Shown here piece after piece: positions 25,966 to 34,257 of a DNA stretch of 51,719 bases (position 1 is its first letter; every line of letters starts with the position of its first letter). The notes under the pieces were generated by a model, which saw only the letters and a list, made by a program, of their open reading frames with translations, did no database searches and was not told where the DNA came from. The stretch is from a virus (taxonomy: Duplodnaviria > Caudoviricetes). A program made the position numbers and the translations under genes. The DNA lies in IMG/VR virus record IMGVR_UViG_3300029258_001571, positions 1 to 51,719 of that record; one strand, 5' to 3'.

Positions 25966-26039
25966 GGGCTTGTAGTTTAACGGGAGAACATCTGTTTTGC
26001 AAGCAGAAGATGTGGGTTCGATTCCCTCCTTGTCCACCA
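25966..26039 (+). tRNA. tRNA-Ala(UGC)
   Basis: tctgt-ttTGCaa-gcaga; G3.U70; ACCA. Confidence 0.85.
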
Positions 26040-26053
26040 AATAAGGACATACT

Positions 26054-26167
26054 ATGGCAAAAGGAGTTCCAAAACGCGACGGATCAGGTAGGGGCGTGAG
26101 AGCTAACCGAGGCCGTGGCGGATGTAAGACAACAAAGAAATCTGGCCGTGGTCGCAGGAAACGCTAA
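26054..26167 (+). CDS. 37-aa Arg/Gly/Lys-rich peptide
   Basis: TAAGGA RBS; MAKGVPKRDGSGRGVRANRGRGGCKTTKKSGRGRRKR. Confidence 0.6.
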   Translation: MAKGVPKRDGSGRGVRANRGRGGCKTTKKSGRGRRKR

Positions 26168-26190
26168 TACATGCACAGCAGAAAAAGCTA

Positions 26191-26319
26191 ATGCCTGTAC
26201 GAAAAGCAAGCAACGGTAAGTGGCGGATAGGATCCGGCAAGGCCATGTACAAGAGCAAGGCCTCTGCTGAGCGTGCCTATCGGGCGTACCGTGCCAGGAA
26301 GCATTCAAAGAAGAAATAG
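26191..26319 (+). CDS. 42-aa basic peptide
   Basis: MPVRKASNGKWRIGSGKAMYKSKASAERAYRAYRARKHSKKK. Confidence 0.55.
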   Translation: MPVRKASNGKWRIGSGKAMYKSKASAERAYRAYRARKHSKKK

Positions 26320-26394
26320 GGCTGTAGCAGAATAGGAATATGCAGCGGTCTCAAAAGCCGTGACGTGAGGGTTCGAATCCCTCCAGCCCTACCA
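26318..26394 (+). tRNA. tRNA-Leu(CAA), short variable loop
   Basis: gcggt-ctCAAaa-gccgt, AGGGCTG/CAGCCCT, ACCA. Confidence 0.9.
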
Positions 26395-26395
26395 A

Positions 26396-26469
26396 GCCAG
26401 CATGGTGTAGTGGCAACACAGCGGCCTTTTAAGCCGTCTACCGGGGTTCGATTCCCTGTGCTGGTACCA
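26396..26469 (+). tRNA. tRNA-Lys(UUU)
   Basis: gcggc-ctTTTaa-gccgt, ACCA. Confidence 0.9.
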
Positions 26470-26483
26470 GAAAGGGAGAGAAT

Positions 26484-26594
26484 ATGATAGAGGCACTGAT
26501 TGGAATTGTGGTCTTGGCCGCATTTACTTACCTCGTATTTAAATACGGATTCAAGATCGACTTGATCAAGAAAATTAAAGGTTTATTCAAATAG
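26484..26594 (+). CDS. 36-aa membrane peptide
   Basis: GGGAG RBS; MIEALIGIVVLAAFTYLVFKYG... Confidence 0.6.
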   Translation: MIEALIGIVVLAAFTYLVFKYGFKIDLIKKIKGLFK

Positions 26595-26667
26595 CCCGAT
26601 TCGTATAACGGAAAGACGCTTGCCTTACAAGCAAGAGATGGAGGTTCGATTCCTTCATTGGGCACCA
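26594..26667 (+). tRNA. tRNA-Val(UAC)
   Basis: cttgc-ctTACaa-gcaag, ACCA. Confidence 0.9.
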
Positions 26668-26668
26668 C

Positions 26669-26743
26669 TGGCAGGTGGTGTAACGGTAACACGGGTGACT
26701 GTTAATCACCGTAATGTTGGTTCGAATCCAGCCCTGTCAGCCA
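26669..26743 (+). tRNA. tRNA-Asn(GUU)
   Basis: ggtga-ctGTTaa-tcacc, U1-A72, GCCA. Confidence 0.92.
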
Positions 26744-26781
26744 TAAGTCACATCCCTTATATCAGGCTGATATAAGGTTAA

Positions 26782-26856
26782 GCACCTATAGTCTAAAGGA
26801 TAAGGCACAGGGTTTCTACCCCTGGAATGCGGGTTCGAGTCCTGCTGGGTGTTCCA
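26782..26856 (+). tRNA. tRNA-Arg(UCU)
   Basis: caggg-ttTCTac-ccctg, CCA. Confidence 0.9.
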
Positions 26857-26858
26857 TA

Positions 26859-26933
26859 GCAGGTGTCGTCTAAGGGACAAGGCACATGGCTACGAACCAT
26901 GAAATGGGAGTTCGAGTCTCTCCACTTGCTCCA
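26859..26933 (+). tRNA. tRNA-Arg(ACG)
   Basis: catgg-ctACGaa-ccatg, CCA. Confidence 0.9.
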
Positions 26934-26934
26934 T

Positions 26935-27009
26935 GTTCGCATCTTCCAACGGCTAGGAAGCTCGCCCGATAAGCGAGTAATGATGGTTCGAGTCCATCTG
27001 CGGACACCA
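26935..27009 (+). tRNA. tRNA-Ile(GAU)
   Basis: ctcgc-ccGATaa-gcgag, ACCA. Confidence 0.88.
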
Positions 27010-27010
27010 C

Positions 27011-27087
27011 GGTAGAGTAGCTCTTAACAGTAGAGCGGTGGCTTGAAGAGCCATGCGTTGGAGGTGCAAATCCTTCCTCTACCACCA
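27011..27087 (+). tRNA. tRNA-Phe(GAA)
   Basis: gtggc-ttGAAga-gccat, ACCA. Confidence 0.88.
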
Positions 27088-27121
27088 GTAATTAAGCGTT
27101 CCGTAAGGAACCTTTAATAGT

Positions 27122-27198
27122 GGGGAAATAGCGTAGTGGACAAACGCACTGGCTTTGGGAGCCAGGGGTCGCAGGTTCGAATCCTGCTTTCCTCACCA
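27122..27198 (+). tRNA. tRNA-Pro(UGG)
   Basis: ctggc-ttTGGga-gccag, ACCA. Confidence 0.92.
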
Positions 27199-27199
27199 C

Positions 27200-27285
27200 G
27201 GATAGGCTGGGCATGGGTGGGCCTGAGCGGCTGTAACCCGCTTCCTTTGACAGGCGTGTTGGTTCGACTCCAACCCTATCCACCA
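27200..27285 (+). tRNA. tRNA-Tyr(GUA)
   Basis: agcgg-ctGTAac-ccgct, variable arm, ACCA. Confidence 0.88.
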
Positions 27286-27286
27286 T

Positions 27287-27361
27287 AGGTCTCGGAGTGG
27301 CTGGCGTGACTGCCGGGCTTTGAACCCGGCTAGCCTGGTTCGATTCCAGGGGGGCCTGCCA
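27287..27361 (+). tRNA. tRNA-Gln(UUG)
   Basis: ccggg-ctTTGaa-cccgg, GCCA. Confidence 0.85.
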
Positions 27362-27433
27362 GTTGCCTTGGTCTAATGCTAAGACGTCAGCCTCATAAGC
27401 TGAAAGATGTCGGTGCAAGCCCGGCAGGCAACA
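27362..27433 (+). tRNA. tRNA with CAU anticodon (elongator Met or Ile2); CCA not encoded
   Basis: tcagc-ctCATaa-gctga; GTTGCCT/AGGCAAC. Confidence 0.8.
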
Positions 27434-27434
27434 C

Positions 27435-27509
27435 GCTGCTGAGGACGAAGGGTCGAGTCCTCGGGCTTTCAACCCGTGCAAGCAGGTTCAAGTCCTGTCG
27501 GCAGCTCCA
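27435..27509 (+). tRNA. tRNA-Glu(UUC)
   Basis: cggg-ctTTCaa-cccg, GCTGCTG/CGGCAGC, CCA. Confidence 0.85.
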
Positions 27510-27522
27510 ACTAAACTTTTAG

Positions 27523-27552
27523 TTGACAACACCCCGAGAAATGTGCTATAAT
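27523..27552 (+). promoter_or_regulatory. sigma70-type promoter upstream of the head genes
   Basis: TTGACA-18bp-TATAAT with TG extension. Confidence 0.85.
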
Positions 27553-27569
27553 AGATAATAGAGGGAAAC

Positions 27570-27812
27570 GTGCGGAGAGTAATATATGAACAGAGATGCA
27601 TTAAGTGCTCTGGACGATTTTATTGGAAGTGGATTGCCGAACCCTGTTCCACCCCTGCCGTGTGCCCCTATTGCGGGGCGGACAACTTCCATCCTCAGGG
27701 ACACAGTTGCAGGGGCTATCGTAGATTTAAGAGGCGGTGGGATGCCCAAATGGCTTTCCGAAGACGACACAATATGGAGCTTCCATCCTGGGATAGGGTG
27801 GTATCTTCATGA
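27570..27812 (+). CDS. zinc-ribbon protein
   Basis: GAGGG RBS, GTG start; CIKC...CPYCG. Confidence 0.5.
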   Translation: MRRVIYEQRCIKCSGRFYWKWIAEPCSTPAVCPYCGADNFHPQGHSCRGYRRFKRRWDAQMAFRRRHNMELPSWDRVVSS

Positions 27813-27880
27813 TCCAGAGTTAAAGGCTAAGGGTATATTCCCTAAGGGCCAGTTGAGAACAATAGACTTGAATGTTGGAT

Positions 27881-27957
27881 ACTATCGAGGATGAAGGAGT
27901 CGAGTCATCGCCCTGTCACGGCGAAGGAAGCCAGTGCGAGTCTGGTCGATAGTGCCA
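27881..27957 (+). tRNA. tRNA-Asp(GUC)
   Basis: tcgcc-ctGTCac-ggcga, ACTATCG/CGATAGT, GCCA. Confidence 0.88.
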
Positions 27958-27967
27958 AATAAAACAA

Positions 27968-28129
27968 ATGCCATCTAGTACAATAAACACGGGATTTGGT
28001 AAGGCCTTGCTTGAAAGGCCGAAGCGGAAGCGGCGCAGAGTAACTAAGGGTCGCACAGTAACCAAGAAGCGAATAAGCACGAGGCGGAATGCCACAAGAC
28101 GTAATACCGCAAGAAAACGAAGAAGCTAA
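27968..28129 (+). CDS. 53-aa Arg/Lys-rich peptide overlapping the portal start
   Basis: MPSSTINTGFGKALLERPKRKRRRVTKGRTVTKKRISTRRNATRRNTARKRRS; no clear RBS. Confidence 0.45.
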   Translation: MPSSTINTGFGKALLERPKRKRRRVTKGRTVTKKRISTRRNATRRNTARKRRS

Positions 28130-30131
28130 GGAAAGTAACGAAGCTGAATCCAAGCATCCTTATGACGGATTCAGAGGTGCTCTGGATGTAGACTTGGATA
28201 AGGCCGTCAAAGGTGATGGCACCACATTACGTGATGAGCTTTCAAAGCATGTTACTGAGGTACTTTCCCAGGAGATTAGAAATCAAGCTCCCAGAATGCA
28301 GGAGATGCAAACCTGGGAGGATAATTACGCCGGGCGGAAACCGCCCAAACAATATCCATGGCCCGACGCGGCCAATGTTTGCACACCCCTAACACGTTCC
28401 AACACGGATGCTATCCATGTGCGTCTTGTTGATGCTCTATTCAACAAGCGTAAGATGTGGATGATCCGTGCCAGGGATCCACTCTATGTCGGCATAGACC
28501 GGCAGCTTGAGGAGGCACTGGACTGGTTCCAAAAAAACATCCTCAAGTTCAGACAAAAACTTCAGTCACCCCTTATCCAATGCATTAAGACCGGTACTGG
28601 TATAGTCAAGATCGGATGGAGATCCGACAAGCGTACCGTATACAGGTATGCAACGACGAAGGAGCGGCTGAATCCTAAGGTTAGAACATATCCCCTGCCT
28701 GGTACCAAGGCGAGAGCCGTAAAGGTTGTCCAAACTCTCTATGAGGGGCCTCAGGTTTATCCGGTCCCGAGAGAGGATTTCGTAATTTCCGCCGACGCAA
28801 CTACCATACAGGACGCCTATATCGTAGGTTTTCGCACTAGAGTCCGCCTCCCTCAACTCAAACTAAAAGCCAAGCAGGGGATTTACGACAAAGACTCTGT
28901 CGAGGATATCTCCCCAGGATCGAGGGTCGATGAGAACCTTGAGGGGAGAGTTATTCGGCAGGAGAAAGATGTAAGATATACGGTCGACGAGACCATGCCT
29001 ATTGACGTGTGGGAGACATGGCTATCCTATGATGTCGATGGCGATGGGGAGCCGGATGATATCGTGGTGACGATCCATAGAGAATCCGGTAAGATCCTCA
29101 GATGTGTTTATAACCCCATGTTCCTTGGGTTCAGGCCTTTTGTGGCGCTGGTATTTTATCCAAGAGAATATGCCGTAGATGGGGAGGGTGTGGCTGAAAT
29201 CTTGGCCAATGTGCAGCAGGAGATTGACTCCTTGCATAATCAGAGGCTGGACAGGTTGACGCAGATCAACTCTCCTGTTTTGTTTGTTAGAAGCGGAAGC
29301 TCTCTGGAGGACTTGGAAGTTCTGGAGCCGGGCAACATCTACGTTGTTGACGACGAATTGGACACAGCCCTGCGGGAGTTCAGGTTCTCCGATACTACGT
29401 TTTCGACCTATCAGGAAGAGCAGATGCTCCGTTCCGATGGAGACAGGGCCGTTGGTATCACGCCGAACGTGCTTGGCATCCAGACTGCCGAGAGACCGGT
29501 TGCCAAGGAGACATTTGCAAATATTCAGGAAGCCAACAAGAAGTTTAAGTTTGGAATTGACAACTTGAGGATTGGCATTTCTGAGATAGGATATATGCTG
29601 ATAGAGTTCTTTGCTCAGTATCGGCCAAAATACAAATACATCAATGCCTTGACGGAAGGCAAGAAACGGAAACTGACGGAAGCTACCGTTGAATTTCCTC
29701 TTGAGTATATCAGGGATGGGCTGTTCATAGATCTGTATGCCTCTACCGAGTTTATCAACCAGGAAACTCGAAGAGACATCCACATGACGCTGTACTCACT
29801 GCTGTCAGATTACTACTCTAAGACTGCTGGCATGGTACAAGCTATCCTTGATCCTAATGTACCATCTGAGTTCAAGAAATTCTTGACCTCAATCATAGAC
29901 AAAGGCGATAAGAGACTCGACCAGATAATGAAAGAGTTTGATCAGGTTGACGGCGAGTCTTATCTGGTCAACCTACAGGAGACCATTGACATCGCTGGAG
30001 CTATAGAAAACTCAGTGGACCTCAGACCTCCGGCACCGGAGCCGGAGCCACCGGTACCACCGGGTCCTAATCCTGGGCCGCCGGGGCCACAGCCCCCACC
30101 CGTAGGAGCAATGAATGGACCACCTGGATGA
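28089..30131 (+). CDS. portal protein
   Basis: 680 aa, first head gene; GTGIVK, PFV...YP...GEGVAE..QQEID..N motifs typical of podoviral portals; Pro-rich tail. Confidence 0.85.
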   Translation: MPQDVIPQENEEAKESNEAESKHPYDGFRGALDVDLDKAVKGDGTTLRDELSKHVTEVLSQEIRNQAPRMQEMQTWEDNYAGRKPPKQYPWPDAANVCTPLTRSNTDAIHVRLVDALFNKRKMWMIRARDPLYVGIDRQLEEALDWFQKNILKFRQKLQSPLIQCIKTGTGIVKIGWRSDKRTVYRYATTKERLNPKVRTYPLPGTKARAVKVVQTLYEGPQVYPVPREDFVISADATTIQDAYIVGFRTRVRLPQLKLKAKQGIYDKDSVEDISPGSRVDENLEGRVIRQEKDVRYTVDETMPIDVWETWLSYDVDGDGEPDDIVVTIHRESGKILRCVYNPMFLGFRPFVALVFYPREYAVDGEGVAEILANVQQEIDSLHNQRLDRLTQINSPVLFVRSGSSLEDLEVLEPGNIYVVDDELDTALREFRFSDTTFSTYQEEQMLRSDGDRAVGITPNVLGIQTAERPVAKETFANIQEANKKFKFGIDNLRIGISEIGYMLIEFFAQYRPKYKYINALTEGKKRKLTEATVEFPLEYIRDGLFIDLYASTEFINQETRRDIHMTLYSLLSDYYSKTAGMVQAILDPNVPSEFKKFLTSIIDKGDKRLDQIMKEFDQVDGESYLVNLQETIDIAGAIENSVDLRPPAPEPEPPVPPGPNPGPPGPQPPPVGAMNGPPG

Positions 30132-30372
30132 ACAAAGTAAACAACAGATCAGGAGAGAAGGTCAGTCTTTCCTAAACAGCATGTTTTGGGCTAAGCTCAA
30201 ACAGTATTTAGAAAGGAAAGCAAACGGCTACGATCTTGATTGCAAACGAACGTCACCTGCAGGCCCGGAGGCAATGGCTAAGATTGCCGGGGCACAAGAA
30301 GGACTTAGGTTCTATGGTGACCTATTAACTAACATCGAGACGCTGGTAAAACGAGGAGCAACTAGATTCTAG
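30115..30372 (+). CDS. small head-region protein
   Basis: between portal and scaffold. Confidence 0.6.
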   Translation: MDHLDEQSKQQIRREGQSFLNSMFWAKLKQYLERKANGYDLDCKRTSPAGPEAMAKIAGAQEGLRFYGDLLTNIETLVKRGATRF

Positions 30373-30398
30373 TCCCTTAACCGGCAGACGGAGGAGTT

Positions 30399-31286
30399 AT
30401 GGCAGAAGAATACAGGGAGGGGAGTACCGACCCTGTCGTGCCTGGAACAGGCAACGATCAGGCCCCCGATCAAAAACAAGACGATAAGTCCACCTTGCCA
30501 GTCTACGACGGAGACGTTGAAGAGCTTAAAGGCAAGACCATGGATGAAATCGTCAAAATGTTTGCTGACCGCAACAAGACGGTTGGCAGGCAGGGACAGG
30601 AAATCGGCAAACTTCGTGCAGACCTAGCCCACATTGAGAGAACGCAGCGTCTTGGCCCTCAGCCGAAACCTGACGAACCCGCTCCAGATACCGAGGCTTC
30701 TGAGGACCCGCTTGGGGATATGGAAGACGACCAGTTTGTTAAGGTTGCGGATGTTAAGAAGATGTTGAGGACCACACTCCAGAAGTATGATGGGGAAAAG
30801 CAGACAAGTGACGTGAAGAAGCTCAGAGACATGGCTAGAGTTGCTCATTCGGAGATGGCCCCAAGGTTTGTCAACCACTCTATTATTAAGGGAAAGAGCG
30901 AAGACGGTTCCGACAACATCATGGATGACGTTGGAAAAGTTATTCACGACTCTCTTCGCCCTGCGGTAGAGCGTGGCTATGATGTATCACACATCATCAG
31001 GGCAGACGACACTTGGGTCAGAGCCGCCAAATATGTGCGGTTTATGAGAGGCGAGTATGACTACTTGTCTGATGCCGACCGGGCTGAGCAGGAAAGAAAT
31101 GCCGCTGAGTCGAGCGGAAACCCTGTGCCTCCATACAATGGAGAGGTACCAATGGGGAGAACCGGGAATCGCGGAGGAAAGGTGGAATTAGACGCCAAAG
31201 GCCGATTTATCAAAAACAAGTTCAATCTGACAGATGAAGAGATCGAGCAGGGACTGGCTTCGATTAAGAAGCAGAGGGGGTACTAA
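30399..31286 (+). CDS. capsid scaffolding protein (putative)
   Basis: acidic, coiled-coil GRQGQEIGKLR; position before capsid. Confidence 0.7.
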   Translation: MAEEYREGSTDPVVPGTGNDQAPDQKQDDKSTLPVYDGDVEELKGKTMDEIVKMFADRNKTVGRQGQEIGKLRADLAHIERTQRLGPQPKPDEPAPDTEASEDPLGDMEDDQFVKVADVKKMLRTTLQKYDGEKQTSDVKKLRDMARVAHSEMAPRFVNHSIIKGKSEDGSDNIMDDVGKVIHDSLRPAVERGYDVSHIIRADDTWVRAAKYVRFMRGEYDYLSDADRAEQERNAAESSGNPVPPYNGEVPMGRTGNRGGKVELDAKGRFIKNKFNLTDEEIEQGLASIKKQRGY

Positions 31287-31936
31287 TGGCATCCCATCTA
31301 CAGCAAATCAAAATCATTTCCCTGGCGGCATCTGTACTCGATGATGGGCCACTAACCCAGTTGAGCACAAAGTACGGCGAGGCTAAGGTCAAGCTACAGA
31401 AGATGCAGAAGAAGAAAGCTGGCGAAGCTGAAGTGAAGAAACAGGAAGCACTGGTTAAGAAGGCTAAAGCGGCACTCGAGAAAGCTAAGAAAGAATTTGG
31501 GGCAAGCCTGGCGATGGCCAGGGCTGCTGGGGTTTTTAAATTCAGACGCAAGGTATACGTCAACGACAAGCTCTATAAGGGGATTGGAGGCCCACGCCCC
31601 GCACACAAGCTGAAGTGGGTCAGACACACAAGCACCAATGATTACAGAGAATACCAGACCTACCTGGCTAACCAGTGGACCCCAGTGGACAGCACCAAAG
31701 ATCCCTACTGGCCGGAAGGCATTGTAGCGGATGCTGAGCATCACTTCAAATTTGGTGATGCTATCCTGATGAAGAAAGAGTTGAAGGCCTATATAGTAGG
31801 CCGTCTTGAAGACCTGGCCCTATCAGAAGGTGCCAGAGATGCTGAGCTAAGAAGATTCAGAAACCAAGTTGAAGCAGAGGGTGGAGTTGTTCCTGACGAC
31901 GAAGTAGAAAAGGCCCTTAAAATCATCGGAAGATAA
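31286..31936 (+). CDS. head-region protein
   Basis: TAATG coupling; Lys/Ala-rich helix. Confidence 0.6.
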   Translation: MASHLQQIKIISLAASVLDDGPLTQLSTKYGEAKVKLQKMQKKKAGEAEVKKQEALVKKAKAALEKAKKEFGASLAMARAAGVFKFRRKVYVNDKLYKGIGGPRPAHKLKWVRHTSTNDYREYQTYLANQWTPVDSTKDPYWPEGIVADAEHHFKFGDAILMKKELKAYIVGRLEDLALSEGARDAELRRFRNQVEAEGGVVPDDEVEKALKIIGR

Positions 31937-31982
31937 GCATACTTGATCTCGTCTCTGAGCAGAAATTCTAACGGAGACACAC

Positions 31983-32423
31983 ATGGCTGGATTTCAACTA
32001 CGACAAGGTAATCCTAACATCGTAGAGATTCCTGAGCATACAACAGCTGGTTCGTTCGCAATCGGCGATCCTGTCAAAGTTGATAGTGGCAAACTGAAAA
32101 TCGCCTCTGACGACCAAGACATTTTTGGGATCGCTATGAAAGCTGCGACCGGGACTGCTGGCACAGATATCCCAGTTGCCGTGCTAACTCCAGAGCAGAT
32201 CTGGTCGATCAATGCCGATTCGGCTACGACACCTCTTACCACAATGGTTGGGGCGTCTTATGGTCTTACCATCTCTGCCGGAGCTACCGTGATCAACCTG
32301 GCTGGCGGAACAACTGCCGGTCACTGGATTCTTGATTCTCTCGACCAGAGAGACACAGCTGCTGCCGGAACACGTGTATGCGTACGGGCATCCTACGGGG
32401 TGTGTGATGCTATTGGAGGATAA
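31983..32423 (+). CDS. capsid decoration/cement-like protein
   Basis: small, Ala/Gly/Thr-rich, GDPVK...FGIA; immediately before the capsid gene. Confidence 0.6.
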   Translation: MAGFQLRQGNPNIVEIPEHTTAGSFAIGDPVKVDSGKLKIASDDQDIFGIAMKAATGTAGTDIPVAVLTPEQIWSINADSATTPLTTMVGASYGLTISAGATVINLAGGTTAGHWILDSLDQRDTAAAGTRVCVRASYGVCDAIGG

Positions 32424-32427
32424 CTAG

Positions 32428-33366
32428 ATGGCTGACACACATTCAGTAATTCGGACAGATTTTGACAATACTGACAACAAGGACCTGCTGAACATCGGGC
32501 TGCGTAAGCTGTTCGATACAACTCAACGCGAAGCTCTTGTAGAATACAAGCAGTTTGTTAATGATCTAACCACAAAAGAGTACGACGAGCGAGATCAACA
32601 AATCGCTGGTCTGGGGCTGGCTGAGTCAGTTGCTGAAGGTCAACCTATTAAGATCCAAACTCCTGCCCTGGGTAACGCGGTTACCTACACACAAGCAGGC
32701 TGGGGTACAGGATTCCGTATCACCCACAAGATGGACTATTTCAACAAGTACAATCTGTACCAACGTTGGACACAGGACATCTCAAAGGTGCAAGCCGAAA
32801 CCAAAGATATCGAGATTATGCGGATGTTCAACAATCCGACATCCTCAACATATCAAGGTACCGGTTTTGACGGACAGGTTATGGCCTATGACACGCACAC
32901 TGGACTAGCCTCTGGAACTGATGACAACTACGACAACTATCTGGACGCGGCTCTGAGCATCTCAGCGCTTGAGTCAGCCAGATACTATTTCAAAACACTT
33001 GTCGACGACATGGGACTGCCCATCGGAGCCAAGCCGACTATCCTTGCCGTGGAGCCTACGCTCTACATTACAGCCAAGGAGATCCTGGGTTCTGATGGAA
33101 AAGCTCATGAGATGAGCAACACTACGAACGTCCTGAAGGAAATGGGACTGCAAATCGTGGAATCGGTGCGTCTATCTTCTACAACCGCATGGTTCATGGA
33201 AGCCAAGGGCGACCGCAACTTCGACCTCAACGTGTTCACATCAATGGCACCGATCATGGTGATCAAAGATGCACCTGACTCAACTCTCGACAAGATTGTG
33301 GTATCGCTACAGTATTTCACATACGGATTCGGTGATCCTCGTTGTTACTACTGCGGTAATACCTAA
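32428..33366 (+). CDS. major capsid protein (HK97 fold, Mu gpT-like)
   Basis: EGQPI, GFDG..MA..H, P.IL.V.P, AWF, YGFGDPR. Confidence 0.85.
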   Translation: MADTHSVIRTDFDNTDNKDLLNIGLRKLFDTTQREALVEYKQFVNDLTTKEYDERDQQIAGLGLAESVAEGQPIKIQTPALGNAVTYTQAGWGTGFRITHKMDYFNKYNLYQRWTQDISKVQAETKDIEIMRMFNNPTSSTYQGTGFDGQVMAYDTHTGLASGTDDNYDNYLDAALSISALESARYYFKTLVDDMGLPIGAKPTILAVEPTLYITAKEILGSDGKAHEMSNTTNVLKEMGLQIVESVRLSSTTAWFMEAKGDRNFDLNVFTSMAPIMVIKDAPDSTLDKIVVSLQYFTYGFGDPRCYYCGNT

Positions 33367-33377
33367 GGAGGAACGCT

Positions 33378-34253
33378 ATGACTAGAGTTCCTGACATGCT
33401 AGAACACATGGGTGGAGTGCCTGTAATCAATGCACTTGCCATGCTTCCTCGCTACAACTCAAATATTTACTGGGTTGACGGGGCTAACGGGTCAGATGGG
33501 AATGATGGGCTTGCATGGGACAGGGCCTTTGCTACTATTGCTAAGGCTGTAACAACCATGAATGACAGAATCTCTTGGTCAGCCACACCGTGGGCCAACA
33601 GAGACATCATGATCATCGCACCCGGCACTTATGCCGAGAATCTAACGTCGCTCCCATATGGATGTACGATTATTGGTCTTGGGCATGATGTCCGCGATGG
33701 ACAGAATGGGGTAAAGGTCAAGCCAGCATCTGGAGATCCTGTAGATGTTGGTGCTTTGATTAATACTGCCATCTACAACGTGGGCTTTGAGTCTCCAGGT
33801 ACTGGTGCTGCATTCGATGCTGACATTTGCAACAATAACTATTTCGAGGGATGCTTTTTCACCGGCGCAGCCGAGGCAACTACGGCTGTATATGCATTTA
33901 TTACCACAGACTTGACTAAAACCACATTCAAGAACTGTTGGTTCTGCAATGCTGATTACGGAGCATACTTCAACTACACGGATGCCAATGACAAGGTTGC
34001 ATATCTTCTCATGGAAGATTGCCTAATTACAGGATGTGATACGGCTGGCATCTACACTCATGCGAATCTTGTTGGGCCACATTCAATCGTTCGCCATTGC
34101 ACAATTACTGGCAGCGGCCAAACCCTGACAAAGGGTATCGACGACAATGCTGGCGTTATCGACGAGATGTTTAATGCTATTGAGGCCACAACGGCTGTTG
34201 AGGGTGTAAGAAGCTCTAACGGCTCTTACGGCAACGGTGTGCTTCTGACATAA
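33378..34253 (+). CDS. beta-helix (pectin-lyase-like) virion protein
   Basis: YWVDGANGSDGNDG..WDRAFATI, APGTYAE, repeated xCxF rungs. Confidence 0.7.
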   Translation: MTRVPDMLEHMGGVPVINALAMLPRYNSNIYWVDGANGSDGNDGLAWDRAFATIAKAVTTMNDRISWSATPWANRDIMIIAPGTYAENLTSLPYGCTIIGLGHDVRDGQNGVKVKPASGDPVDVGALINTAIYNVGFESPGTGAAFDADICNNNYFEGCFFTGAAEATTAVYAFITTDLTKTTFKNCWFCNADYGAYFNYTDANDKVAYLLMEDCLITGCDTAGIYTHANLVGPHSIVRHCTITGSGQTLTKGIDDNAGVIDEMFNAIEATTAVEGVRSSNGSYGNGVLLT

Positions 34254-34257
34254 GGAC

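Noticed and set aside
26755-26777. Perfect inverted repeat CCTTATATCAG-G-CTGATATAAGG in a tRNA spacer
   Set aside because: Single copy with no U-tract; cannot assign a function
24292-27481. Track ORFs spanning tRNAs (e.g. 24292-24591, 25331-25801, 27092-27481)
   Set aside because: Shadow frames of tRNA genes (GFEP/GLEP-type translations of T loops)
27586-27741. N-terminal half of the 102-aa ORF 27586-27894
   Set aside because: Overlaps the better-supported zinc-ribbon frame; a shorter gene from ATG 27742 is plausible but unresolved
24505-27957. Stop-codon reassignment or suppressor tRNAs
   Set aside because: No CUA, UCA or UUA anticodon found; TAA, TAG and TGA all end well-packed genes
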